From NCBI GenBank assembly GCA_001949185.1, contig BDGG01000004.1:1265620-1329619 (forward strand): a stretch of DNA of 64,000 nt. Reading direction: 5' to 3'. The notes under the pieces were generated by a model, which was given only the letters and a program-made list of their open reading frames with translations, was not told the origin of the DNA and searched no databases. This document shows, one piece after another, positions 38,192 through 50,200 of the stretch (position 1 is its first letter; each line of letters starts with the position of its first letter). Both the position numbers and the translations under genes were made by a program. This DNA is from Ramazzottius varieornatus. Its lineage: Eukaryota > Animalia > Tardigrada.

Positions 38192-40265
38192 ATGAATGCC
38201 AAACAACTGGAACAAGCCAAGAACTTCCTTCAGGACTTTGCGGCCGGTGGTATCGCTGCTGGTATCTCCAAGACGGCTGTTGCTCCCATTGAGCGAGTCA
38301 AATTGCTCTTACAGGTAAGATTTGCCTCCTCTCAGTTTAAATCGTGGAAGAGTTCGTCTTCTGCGAGTTTCTCCCATGCTGTAGCCATGTCTCAGGATGC
38401 AGAAAGGTTTAGACAGTCGAATGTGGATGAAAGGGGGTTGTGACGATACCGGTGGAGGTAGTTAGACTGTGGGGCGAGGCACTCGGTTCTCCAATCGTGC
38501 GCAGTTTCAGTTAATTTCCACCGCCTGCACCCGGGCGTTCCGTACCGCTGCCAATAGGTTTTTCCGTTCCAGCCGTACGGTTACTCCCACACCGGCAGGG
38601 CTTGAAACAATCAAGCAAATCGCAAAACTAATTTGTTTTACCGGAGTACGAGGTAGCGTAGCTAGCGTCTATGCAGCGTAGCCATCACGATGGATTTTCC
38701 ACGATGTTCAATCAGCTAAGTGGGCTAACTGTTTCTTTGATCGGAGGTAACGACAGAATACCCGGGGGATACATGAGAAGATGTGTGCCTTTGCCGGATC
38801 TCGGGCATAAACTAAACGGGGTGGGCTGATTAGGCAGCGTGCAAGGTGTTTGACGTGGTAGACTCGTTTAATGGCATTTGATATCCATTGAACTTGCAAG
38901 AATGGCTGACGCAATCAAGCTTCTTTTTGGAAGAAGATTCTCGTTTCGGGAGATTAGTTTAAGGCGGAAGCCAAGATGTGAGTCTGTTTGCTCCTTACTG
39001 ACACGGTGGCAGACAGCAGACGTGTGATGTAACTAACTTAGCGTTCACGCGTCACGCCGTTGGTCTTCCATTGATTGGGAAATCTCAGTAGTCTATGGCA
39101 CTTATGCAGTCCACCTTGTTGCTGACATGTTGCTTGCTTGTTCCAGGTGCAACATGCGTCGAAGCAGATCACCAAGGAGAATCAGTACAAGGGCATCGTC
39201 GATGCCTTTGTCCGCATCCCCAAGGAGCAGGGCATAACAGCTTTCTGGAGAGGCAACTTGGCCAACGTCATCCGTTACTTCCCCACCCAAGCCCTAAACT
39301 TTGCCTTCAAGGATAAGTACAAGCAGATTTTCTTGTCGGGCGTGGACAAGCGCACCCAGTTCTGGCGATACTTTGCCGGTAACTTGGCTTCCGGTGGTGC
39401 CGCTGGAGCAACGTCTCTCTGCTTCGTCTACCCACTCGACTTTGCCCGAACACGTCTTGCTGCTGATATCGGTAACAAAGCATGACCCATCTTTTCCGAA
39501 TTTGGATACTGCATTACTCTAATCGTAGTCTAATCGAAAGTCTCTTCTTTTCAGGTAAGGGTGCCGGCGATCGTGAATTCAGTGGTCTTTTGCACTGTCT
39601 GACCAAGACCGTCAAGTCCGATGGCATCAAGGGCTTGTACCAAGGTTTCGGAGTGTCCGTACAAGGTCAGTTTACTCCTCGAAAACCGTTTTAATGTATC
39701 GAACTTGGTTGCTGCGACTAAAGTTTGTGTTTTCTCTTGCGTCACTTCACATGGGTTTTCACCCGTTCCTTCCTCGTAGGTATCATCATCTACCGAGCTT
39801 CGTACTTCGGTCTTTTCGATACCTGCAAAGGCATGTTGCCCGATCCCAAGAACACACCTTTCCTGTTGAGCTTCTTGATTGCCCAGATCGTCACCACCAT
39901 CTCTGGTATCACGTCTTATCCATTTGACACTGTCCGTCGACGACTTATGATGCAGGTAATTTACAGGATCACTTCTTACTTTCACTTCCGCTTGAAGATA
40001 TCTTGAAGAAGCCGATTTCGTACACGGTGCAAAAATATACGATTCTGTTTTACAGTCTGGCCGCAAAGGCGGTGACATTATGTACACCGGTACCTTGGAT
40101 GCCTGGAGGAAGATTGCCAGCCAGGAAGGTCCCAAAGCTTTCTTCAAGGGAGCCTTCAGTAACGTTCTCCGTGGTACTGGCGGTGCCCTGGTGTTGGTAC
40201 TCTATGACGAACTGAAGGTTCTTATGTTCGGTGAGGGAGCCAGAGGAGGTTATGAAGGAGGCTAA
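38192..40265 (+). CDS. ANT: Mitochondrial ADP/ATP translocase (SLC25A4/5/6, sesB ortholog)
   Basis: [29 protein letters not shown]; [23 protein letters not shown]; [13 protein letters not shown]; [24 protein letters not shown]. Confidence 0.97.
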
Positions 40266-41371
40266 GACCTGGCGTGTCCTTCAGCTGGACTTGAGGAGGA
40301 AGAATGGGTGGGTGATCATTTAATCAAGAAGGGTGGCAGAATATTCAAGAAAAACCATAAAAATCAATCCCTCTTTTTCCCTTTTGTTTGAACCTGTTAA
40401 GCTCCGCGTTTGTTTTGTCTGATTTGGGCGACTGATTTTGACCGATATTCTTGGCAATCTTGTACTAACGGAAGAACTGGGCAAGAGCATCTATGTACTC
40501 TGTAGTACAAAACGAAGAAAGTGCGTTGGGAGTTGCGCTACCTTTTCACGATCTTCATTCAGCTTTTGGTGTCTTAATTTATTATGTCGCCGTGCCGCAT
40601 ACCATAAACCGCAGTCTACACCTGCGCAGTACGTAGTTGGTGACGACTGTTAGAAATTCGTGGAATTAATCGGATTCGGAGATCCAGGAACCATGTTGAC
40701 TATATCCGCTCTAGCGAAGTGCGCGAGCACCGAGGCTCTGCCGAATGTTGGTTAGCCGGTAGAAAATTCGACTGATTGGTTGATTCGGGTCGCGGTAGGT
40801 TGTGGGAACAGCGCAATGCGTACTTCGAAGCGAGATCGAAAAGGTACGTGCACCTGCATACTACATCGACATGAGTGGGTACCTAACTGCTATACTTGGG
40901 TGCGTGAAATGATTATCCCGTGCGCATCACAACAGATGACTCATCTCGCAGGCAAATGAGCCCGCTGATTCAGTTTCTTGCTTTTCGATTAGGAAACTTG
41001 TAAACTTTCCTGACTCTTGAACGTCTAGATCAGTAAATCTGCATCTTCGGTATCCTTTCTCCAGGAAAGGCATCTTCTCAACGCTGCCGTGATCTACCCA
41101 GATGGGATTGGATACGCCTGTTGCAAACTGGCGTCTGAATTTCTGAATTTCTGTCCAAAGGTATCAATTTGTTGCCTACAGCCTGCTCGTCATTTCTCAA
41201 GCTTTGGAATGCCCATCGATGCGGTATCTTCTGTGGATGACAACCTGAATGCTGGATAGACTCACCATCACTGACGGAAAACGCGTAAGTTAGTGTCTCT
41301 GTATCACGTTTGCTAACAACGCAATGTCACATTAAGTGACCAATGCATTTACCGGAAATGGGCTTTGCAGT

Positions 41372-44300
41372 ATGTGTTCCCGTGCACGCGTTTACGGACG
41401 GGGGCTGAATTCTGCACTAACGGCCAGCAAGAGTCCTGGAACAGAGGAAATTGCGGATCAACTCTTTGGCAAAGTTACAGCGAAACCTCTGCCAGGAATA
41501 GACGAACCTATGGAGCCGTTACGAGCCAGTCTTCCGTCCACCTCTCACGCCCATGTACCTTTATTCCCACAGGCTGGTCGCACTCAGGGAAGAAAAAGCA
41601 AGATAAAAGACAGTGAAGCTTTACCAACACCGTCATCGCGGAGAAGAAAACCGTCGCCCGATGTGAATGTTTTGATAATCTTATTTCACCTTTCTTATAT
41701 AGGATAAGGAACTTCGACGCAGATTATTGGTTGAATTTATTTACCTTGGATATTTCTTCAATTAGCTAATAGGTTGCTGTTCAATATGTAATTTTGTTCC
41801 AGGTATCGGACGACAACGAAATCGAGGGTGAAGAATGGCGTTCAGAGCGCACGAACGCTTCCATCAAAAGCGGGGACTCGTACAAGCGTAGGCGGAGGAT
41901 CCAAAAAACTCCGTCAGAGTCTTCGTCTCTCCCTGACAAGAGGAAAGCGAAGCCAGTTCGACGGAAGAAACCTCCAGCTGCCGGCACCGAACAAAACGTA
42001 CCTGAAAACGGAGCTAAACAAGATCCTATACTTGATGACCCGTTGTACAGGAAGTTTCAGGAAGAGTACGCTGCTGTAAAAGCCGTCGACATTCTAAAGA
42101 ATGTTGAGGACGAGGACAAATACTTCGCCGAATCTAAAGCTGCTGCTGGTACGAACAGTATTCGGGTGCTTGGCGAACAAACTCGACAAGATTGTTTCAC
42201 AAGTGATGTACGTTTTCTTCGTTGTTGGCCGGCGGTCTTCGGATGCGTGCGCCACTTGGAAAATACGATCTTGTTGAGTTTGTTTACCTACCGTAGGTCT
42301 CATTTCTCGATCATCGGTTTCTTGATGTCTCGATCATTTCTCGATTTATCGATCATCAGTCTTTTAAATTCTTTACATCTTCGGATAGACCTCATCTCGT
42401 TTCAGCCAAGGATTTCGCAAAGATGGTCAAAGAGCAGTCGGCCAAGCACGAACCCGGTTACTCCATGATAACCAGCAGGCTACTTCAGTCCAGGGTAAAG
42501 GAAAGTCGACTACAAGCTACGACTCTTTCACAAGGAACACTGACAAAGTCCAAACTGGCACCCATTGACGAGACCAACGAATGGACGACCGACACGGGTG
42601 AGGCCCTGTCCACACCGATGAATGTCCACAAGAAGCCCGACTTTGACATATCACGCATCGATAAGATGTCACCGCTAGCTACTGTCAAACGGAAGCCACC
42701 AGCACTACCGAAACCACCAGCGCAATCTCTTCGAAGAAAGAGCAGCAGCAAGTTTCCGATCGATGAAGCTCCAGAAGGACATCCGATGGTGTCAACGCCT
42801 CTCAACAACCATCGGCCACGCAGGGGAGAAAACCTGGACATTTCCGGGGTTCGGGATCTGTCACCTGTAATGGCTACCAACAACCTCTCAGCTGAACTCG
42901 CGGAAGCCGAACAAGTGCCAAGGACCACCAAAGGTTCGTTCTGATACTTTTAATACTAGCATTTCCACAATGGAAACACGAGCTCGGCAAAGAAACTCGA
43001 CAAGATCGTTTTTAACAAGTGGCGCACGAGTTCACTGGTGTTAGTCGACAGCGTGCGCCACGTGAAAAATGATCTATTCGAGTTCGTTTGCCGAGCTTCC
43101 GGTTTTTGCGAAGTCTCTTTAGCTCCCTAATTTTGCCGTTTGGTAATTGCTTTACCAAATTCTGGACGCGTTCAGTTGTCGGAATGGTTTTTGCGTTACA
43201 GACTCTAGGAACAGCGAAGCTGTCACAACCCGGAAGTCTGACCGACTATACGCCATGGATCCTCCGCTTAGTCCTTCCAGGAAGCCTTCCACGTCCAAGC
43301 GGTCCAGTCCTCTTTCTCGTCAGTCCTTAAGCAGTAGCCCAGGTAGAACAGCCGGTGCACTTAACTTGGCCAAAAAGCTCCGACGGAATTCCCAGCAGTC
43401 CTTCGTGCCTCCGCGCTCTCCACCACGTCCACCGCGCACCAGACGGAGAACCATGATGCCCGCCACCTCTCTGCCGAACGCCGAACCTGCGAAAGAAGTA
43501 GAAAGAACTCGGAAGGGAACGTCCTTGATGGATGACACCAGAAAGAACCTTGGAAACACTCAGGGAGCTACACTTCCTCCACAAACGCCCTTGGTGTCCC
43601 ACTCGCACTCCATCCTCCCTCGTCGTCGAGAATCCTTGGCGCTCTTTTCGCCCTTTGAGCGCCACGACCAGTATATCCCGGTCAATGAAGAACGCTTACC
43701 ATACATTCATCCTGCCACATTGAGGTATTGTTATCCAGATTTCTTTCGTTATTTTGATGTGCTTAATTTGCATTTTTGATTTTTGATTTTTTAGTAGCCG
43801 GAAGTCGGTGGTCTTCGATGCCAACGAGAAGACGTTGGTTAGTAGCGATAAGGAAGCTCTTCAGCTCATCCTGGATATATCCACGCCGAAGAGGATCATT
43901 GACATGAAGTCTTTCCTGGGTAGAAAGGGTGACTATAGTGACTTGGTGAAGATTGGGGAAGGGTCTTTCGCCGATGTGTACAGCGTAGTGATCAACGGGC
44001 AGCAGATCGTGCTGAAGATTGTACCGGTAGCCGGCTTTCAGCCCGATGGTACCAAGCAAACGTCCTTCCAGGATATTCTCGGTGAAGCAATCATTTCCCG
44101 CCTTCTTACTACATATTTGACGGACGAAACTAATGAGAGGTTCTATGCGCCGGTCTTCCCCAAAACTCATTTCATAAAGGTACAGTTTTAAATTTGGGTA
44201 GATCGAAAAAAATGAGAAACAGTCTCGACAAGACCGCTTTTCCAAGTGGCGCACTCTTTCGGCCTATAACACCAAGGAAGTGCGCTATTGGGAAACAACC

Positions 44301-45242
44301 AGATTCTATTCGGCTTTGTTTCCCGAGCTCCTGCCCTTATTGCGGGACAGCTCTTTTAAAGCTAGACACATCTTCACCAGCTGAATCGTAATCATGTCTT
44401 GGTCTTTTGGCAGGTTGCTCAGGGCTCGTTTCCGAGAGAATTCTGGTCGTTACACGATTCCTTCGCCAGACTGAACGATGATGCGATAAACGCCAATCCG
44501 TCGCAGTACTCTTCGGACCAGGTCTTCGTCGTCATCGGCTGTGAGAATGGTGGTCAAGCTCTGGACGCGTTCCACGTTGCCAACTATAATCAGGCCAAAA
44601 GTATCTTCCAGCAGGTGGCCATGGGGTTTGCTGTTGCCGAGAAGTCGTTGGAGTTCGAACACCGGGACGCCCATATTGGGAACATCCTTGTCAGCGTTAC
44701 CGCTGAAGACGATATTCCCTTCCTCTACGATAAGCAGGTAAGACTCAAATCGATAATATGAAAGTTAGTATAGTACGGCCAGCATGATGCAGAGAAAAAC
44801 GAATCGTTCTCCCAACTGGAAGTTGTTTACCCGAAGGTTTTTTTCGTTGCAGGTGTACAAAATTCAGTCTTTCGGTGTGCATGTCAAAATTATAGACTTC
44901 ACGCTATCACGACTACGCAACGGCAGCAAGCTAATTTACAAAGATCTGAGCGTGGAGAAGAGCATCTTTGAGGGACACGGAGACTACCAGTTTGACGTGT
45001 ACCGCCAAATGAAAGACGCCACCGAGAACGACTGGCAAGTCTTCCGTCCGCAGACCAACGTCTGTTGGCTACAGTACCTGCACCATATCTTTATTGAGTC
45101 GAACGAGAAGAAGTTGAAAGCCACTGTGAAAGATCGTCACGCCAAGAAGCTCCTCACAGACTTCGTGGAGGTCTTTGGGAAGTATTCTTCCACGATGGAC
45201 ATGATATCTAACGAGAAAATGTTCCAGAGTTGTATGGCCTAA
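41372..45242 (+). CDS. HASPIN: Haspin atypical Ser/Thr kinase (histone H3T3 kinase)
   Basis: N-terminal RARVYGR, long disordered region, then KIGEGSFADVY, VLKIVP, EKSLEFEHRDAHIGNIL, IIDFTLSR, GDYQFDVYRQM, PQTNVCWLQYL. Start ATG inferred. Confidence 0.92.
42165..42290. repeat. Palindromic dispersed element, copy 10 (spacer 35 nt), haspin intron
   Basis: AACTCGACAAGATTGTTTCACAAGTGATGTAC-N35-GTGCGCCACTTGGAAAATACGATCTTGTTGAGTT. Confidence 0.8.
42980..43097. repeat. Palindromic dispersed element, copy 11 (spacer 25 nt), haspin intron
   Basis: AGCTCGGCAAAGAAACTCGACAAGATCG...AAGTGGCGCAC-N25-GTGCGCCACGT...GATCTATTCGAGTTCGTTTGCCGAGCT. Confidence 0.85.
44212..44330. repeat. Palindromic dispersed element, copy 12 (spacer 25 nt), haspin intron
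   Basis: CTCGACAAGACCGCTTTTCCAAGTGGCGCAC-N25-GTGCGCTATTGGGAAAC...CCGAGCTCC. Confidence 0.8.
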
Positions 45243-45851
45243 GTTGACTTCTCCTCTTTTCATTTCTTTTCTTTGGTTTCGATTCATACCTGACCTCTTC
45301 TGTGCTGAGACGACTTCCTGGACTGGTACCGGGGGTGTCTCCGAGCTGGGATTGATGATGATTTATCTTTCGTGTTAGTTCATTGTTGGTGTTCCTCCGC
45401 ATATACTCTGAGCTCAAATTTCATGTTAACGTTTGACCGTTGTTGAAAGAATCTCGGGCATGTAACCTCATGAGAAAGATGATCTTTTGGTGTACATAAA
45501 CTGTAACTAGACCCTAAGTCTCTGACTTCCGGGTGCTGGGTCAGCCGACTGATTGTTCTCCTGCAGTTTGATTATTGATTGGGCGCAGACCATCTTTCAG
45601 TGCGGCCAGACGCACGAACGCTTGCACAGCCGGAGGAAATGAGTCAGAATGGTCGGCCCTTATAGGTTTTTTCTGCACTGTATCTCGACTTCTACCGTTC
45701 TACCCACTGTGCAAGTTCCGGAACTCCGAACTTCCTATCTCGTCATCTTCCTTACTTTAATTTACTGCTCTCTGGGATCTGAACTGTTCTCCCGTATCAC
45801 GATACTGTACTTATCGTTCTTGCTTGGACCAAGGGATGTTCCGTTGAGGAC

Positions 45852-46450
45852 ATGGCTCAGATAGATAGTCAGGTAAGTGAATGGCTGCATGATATGTAGC
45901 TCTCCGCTGTCGCTTAAAATAAAGAATAGCATCGTGATGTGGGTAGCTTCCTTAGTTGAATGAAGCTCTCTTTCCAGCAAGTGGCAGTCAAGGATAAAGG
46001 TCCAGTTTGCGTATCGAAGGATACATACCAGAGCATCGCGCGGTTTGCCATTCTTCACTCACTGAACCAAGAGACTGTCGCTCTTTTGAGAGTTGCTGGG
46101 GTAAGACATCCACTGATCACGGTCTAACTTCGCTTATCAGTCAGATTAGTTGAACGCTTTACTTGCAGAAGGAATTACAAGCGGTAGTGGACGCGGAAGA
46201 CGAGCTGATACTCGTTGACGACGATTTGGAGATTCCTTGCCAGGTTGACCATCCAGCCTTCTTCAATAAGGGTAAACACCAAGCTAGTGCTTTCCTCGAA
46301 GAGGAAAAGTGCAGGTTACAGAAGGAGATAGACGAGCTTAATCGCAAGAGGGCCCAGAACGACAGTGAAATCAAAGAGCTACGAGCTGTGCTGTACTCCA
46401 AGCTGGGCGACGCTGTTCAACTGGAAGGCAACGAAGAAGACGACGACTGA
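45852..46450 (+). CDS. PFDN4: Prefoldin subunit 4-like, divergent (exons 45852-45872, 45978-46100, 46169-46450)
   Basis: MAQIDSQ|QVAVKDKGPVCVSKDTYQSIARFA...|KELQAVVDAEDELILVDDDLEIP...IKELRAVLYSKLGDAVQLE matches the PFDN4 layout (V.V..EDQ..I..FA ... LEDA..E..L.DDD..IP ... LYAKFG..I.LE). Confidence 0.8.
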
Positions 46451-46511
46451 GAGCTCTATACAGAAATCTCGATTGACCATTCTGTTTCAATTACACTTTT
46501 GTGGTCGAGCA

Positions 46512-46946
46512 ATGGCTGCCTCGCCTAACCTGGACGTGGAACAAGCTCTCCTGGATTTCGAAGAAGCCCAAGAAAAGAAAAAGAGTTCGCTGAAGCTGTT
46601 TGGCAAGTCTATTTCCGATATTCCCTGTTTTCGTGAGGCCTTTCTGTATGGTATAGTTGGTGGCCTGGGTGTGGGCATAGCCTCGTTTCTCTTTACCAGT
46701 CGTGTTGGCCGTTCGCTGGACTTTACTGTGTACTCATACGCTGCCATCACTGCCGGAACATGGTGTTATTGTCGGTATGAGAAGGCCCATCGTCACTTGG
46801 AGCTGCTGAGGTTCAAGCACGAGATGAAGACGCGAGCTTTGACGGAAGGTGTGACGGATACTGACAGGCTTCGGTCTGTGCAGACTGACTCTACCTCCGA
46901 AGAAGGCTCTGTGATCATACTACCTGCACCTCGCACCACCTCGTAG
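46512..46946 (+). CDS. COX20: Cytochrome c oxidase assembly protein COX20 (FAM36A), intronless
   Basis: LFGKSISDIPCFREAFLYGIVGGLGVGIASFLFTSR...TWCYCRYE, two predicted TM segments with the PC.R and W..CRY signatures. Confidence 0.88.
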   Translation: MAASPNLDVEQALLDFEEAQEKKKSSLKLFGKSISDIPCFREAFLYGIVGGLGVGIASFLFTSRVGRSLDFTVYSYAAITAGTWCYCRYEKAHRHLELLRFKHEMKTRALTEGVTDTDRLRSVQTDSTSEEGSVIILPAPRTTS

Positions 46947-47203
46947 TATTTGTGAGTCCCTTACTATCTACTAATTGACAAAGCTCGGTTCTTTTCATCT
47001 GTTTTGCCAGTGTTTGTCTGCAGTGTTCTATCACAAAATGACTTCCGGCTGTTCCAGTTATCATGACGTTTGACTATGGTCTATAGATGCAGTGAGATCG
47101 AGAGCTAATACTGTAAAAGAATAACGCGCTGTACGCCGTGAGATCGGTGAAAGGTATGTCAGTAGGACTAGGATATAGAGTTCGGACGAAGTATTCCGGT
47201 AAG

Positions 47204-50200
47204 TTAATCGTAGACGACTTTGTTAGAAAGGTGTGTGCTTTGGGTGAATGGCAAGCTGACTAGGGGAAAGCGGGTACTCGAGTTGGTTCGCTCCACGCCG
47301 TCTCGCGAGTCTTCGCGCGTCATGGCCGTACTACCGTTGGCGCAACATTTGATGGACATGGCCGAGTTCGGAGGGACAGCCATGTCGATAAAGCTGTCCT
47401 TGGGCAGATTATTCCATTCGGAAGGACGTTGGCAGGCGCTGGGGAAAGAATAGTTGCGAGTCACTGTCGGCTTGGCCTTCTTGGCTCTTCGTCGCAGGGT
47501 TCGTTGAATGCGGTAGAGACCACGTGTGATTTCGCGACGAAGGTACAGGCAGGAAATAACGGGATTGGCTACGGAGTTCAAAGGAGCGAGTGACTGCATC
47601 AGGGTCGAGACGGCAATCTTGGTTTGTGGATCGGCAAACTCCACGTGTTGAAAGACATCCAGTAAGTCATATATACAGTAGGGACTCCAACAAGCTAGAC
47701 AAAAATCTAATTAGTCAGAAACGTAGCATGGAATTCTTTGAAATGGGTCTTCTTTACCAATAAAGACAAGAACGATGACTAGCGCCATCTTGGTCGTCTT
47801 AATTTTCGCTCGTGGGATCAGTCCTCGTACTACTTCAGAACGGATTGTCTGAGTCTGACTGCCGGCAGGGGTTTGAGCTGAAAATGGAAAACTTGGTTGT
47901 TCATAAAACAGTCTTATTATCGCTTTGTTTAGTAACATGAGTCTTCATCATATGGGAGCTGGGCAAACAAGGCGTACAAGATTCTCATGCTGAGTGGCGC
48001 GTCCTTTCAGCCAGCAAGAAAGGAAATGTGCACCACTTGGGATGTTACTTTTTGCCTAGCCAATTCCCATTTTGCGATACTTCGGTTTGTGATTTTCAGG
48101 TTTACCTCCGGTATTGCCGTTGCCGACCACGAGTCTCTTAGACCGATACAATACACTTCCGGCTCGACTGGTGCTGCCCTCAAAGCTGTCCTGCCGAGAA
48201 AGACTCATAGCTTCTTCGAACTGCAGGTCCTTGCCGCGGACCCAGATGATCCGGAGGACCACGGCGAAACAGGAAATGATGATGATCACAGGCATAAAGA
48301 ATAACGTTATCGAGACGGATGAGAAGTAGACCTGCCAATAAACCTGGCTGGGAAAGGATATCCAGCATTGCAGGTACCCGTCGATGCGGTCTTGCTCGTA
48401 CAAGAAGAGCATCGGTGTCGAGAAGAGGAAACTGAAAAACCAGGCGGCAGCCACCAAACGCCGACTTCGCTTGACTGTAAGTATATAACGGCATGAGTAT
48501 CGAGATCTCGACCTATTTTTTGATTCATCCGGAAAGATTTTGGAAACACCGACGCCGAATGCCCGGGGTATGTTGTCAGTTGTCTTACCGGCACTTGTGA
48601 AAGTCAAAGGGTTCGCGATGGCGTCATAGCGGTCGATAGACAGCGCCACCAGTACGTAATTGGAAGCGAAGGTTACCACAACCTGTAATTTTTGACAGCT
48701 GAGCGAATGCTTTAAGCATGAAAGCGTTGAATCATTATTTAATTTGATTTATCCATCATTTAAGCCATTATTGTCCATTATTTAAATTAAATTATCCATT
48801 CTTTGGTTTAATTTATCCCTTATGCGATCAGGGTAAGTTCGGCGTTCAGATTCGTAACCGGCTGTTCATGGCAATTACAGTACCTGGGCATAGCGAATCA
48901 GCTTGCAGCCGGCATTTCCAGCATACCTATGGTGATAACGGTCCAGGTCTTTATCGTCGAAAAGGTCTTGCTATTTGGATTTTTTCAACACTTGGTGGCA
49001 TCCGTTAAGGAAAGAAATGAAAGCTCACCATTCATAGGTAATTTGCCAGGCTATATCAGTGGGAATCGAAATTGTTCCGACGAGTAAATCTGCAATCATA
49101 GCTTCGATAAAAATTCGATCGAGCTGGGTAACTGAGAGAAAGACCTTGCAAGTCAATAAAGTCATATCGATTCTTTCAATGCGTGGTGTTTCTTTGTGTA
49201 CTCCGCGTGAAGTTAAAGGCCACCACCGCAGTGATTTATGGACCATCGTAGGTAAAGATAAACATATTCTGGCTCTTCGGATCGAATTTTTCTATAGCCC
49301 GAAAAAGACGCCTTTGTTAATGTTGATTTACTCTTTCGATGGCTTCACCATGCAGACATCCCCTTTGATCACATCTGTACCGCCAAGAGGTTTTCTGATC
49401 GACATCGGCACCTGAAACGTTATCGAACGGAAATTCAGTTGCTTTGCTGGCCCCTGGATAAATGCGGCTCTTGAAATTTGGGGTCCAACAAACTGATACG
49501 GAGTGTCCACGCGCTGGACGACTGCGTGAGTTTCTGCGTGTGACAACCTGACAGAGATGTTTTCTTAACCTCCGAAGATTAAAGCCGATCCTTGTTTCCT
49601 GCTGTCTAGATCCCGCTATTACTTCCGCACGTGTTATCTTGCCTAGCCCTGAAGATAGACTTTCGTGGCACTCGAGCCTCGTCGTGCAATGCATGAGCGT
49701 GTGTTCGTGATAGCGAATCCAGCTGTCTGGTCTTCCTGACTGGGGACCCAGGCCTAATCGAATATTTTGGAAAATACACGACGGAAGGCTTTTCGACTAC
49801 TCGGAGAATGAGCTGGGTTCATGCTCATCCAGAAAGCTACGACATGAAAGATTAAAGGTACTTCGGTAGTACCTGCGAGCGCTAGGTGAAGGACCCAGAA
49901 ACCCATCCGTGTTCGACTTTTAGAGATTCCCAAGCCAACTAGCACCATCAAGTTGAAACTGATAACCAGGAAAGCCAGGATGAACATGAAGGTCAGCTGC
50001 TCAGTCTACAAAAAAAAAATACAAAATAAGCACGAATCGTTGCAGTGATCAAGTCAGTGAAAAGATTTTGCGAGGCACTTGAACCTTATCGACCTTGCTA
50101 CAAGTTCATGGAAAACTCCCTTATAATTACGCACAAATAAATTCTTCGAAATGCATAAGCCGATCCTTCGACGCCCCTTATCCTGCTACTTTATCCAATT

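Noticed and set aside
41050-41058. GTATCCTTT U12-type donor-like motifs (also at 26070)
   Set aside because: No matching TCCTTAAC branch site or exon context found; treated as chance.
42149-44413. Palindromic elements as intron-generating (Introner-like) units
   Set aside because: Element ends do not coincide with splice sites; each host intron has extra unrelated sequence, and many copies are intergenic.
46365-46511. GTG-initiated N-terminal extension of COX20 overlapping PFDN4
   Set aside because: It shows no COX20 similarity, and the ATG at 46512 (GCAATGG) has a good Kozak context. The open frame is noted only as permitting alternative splicing.
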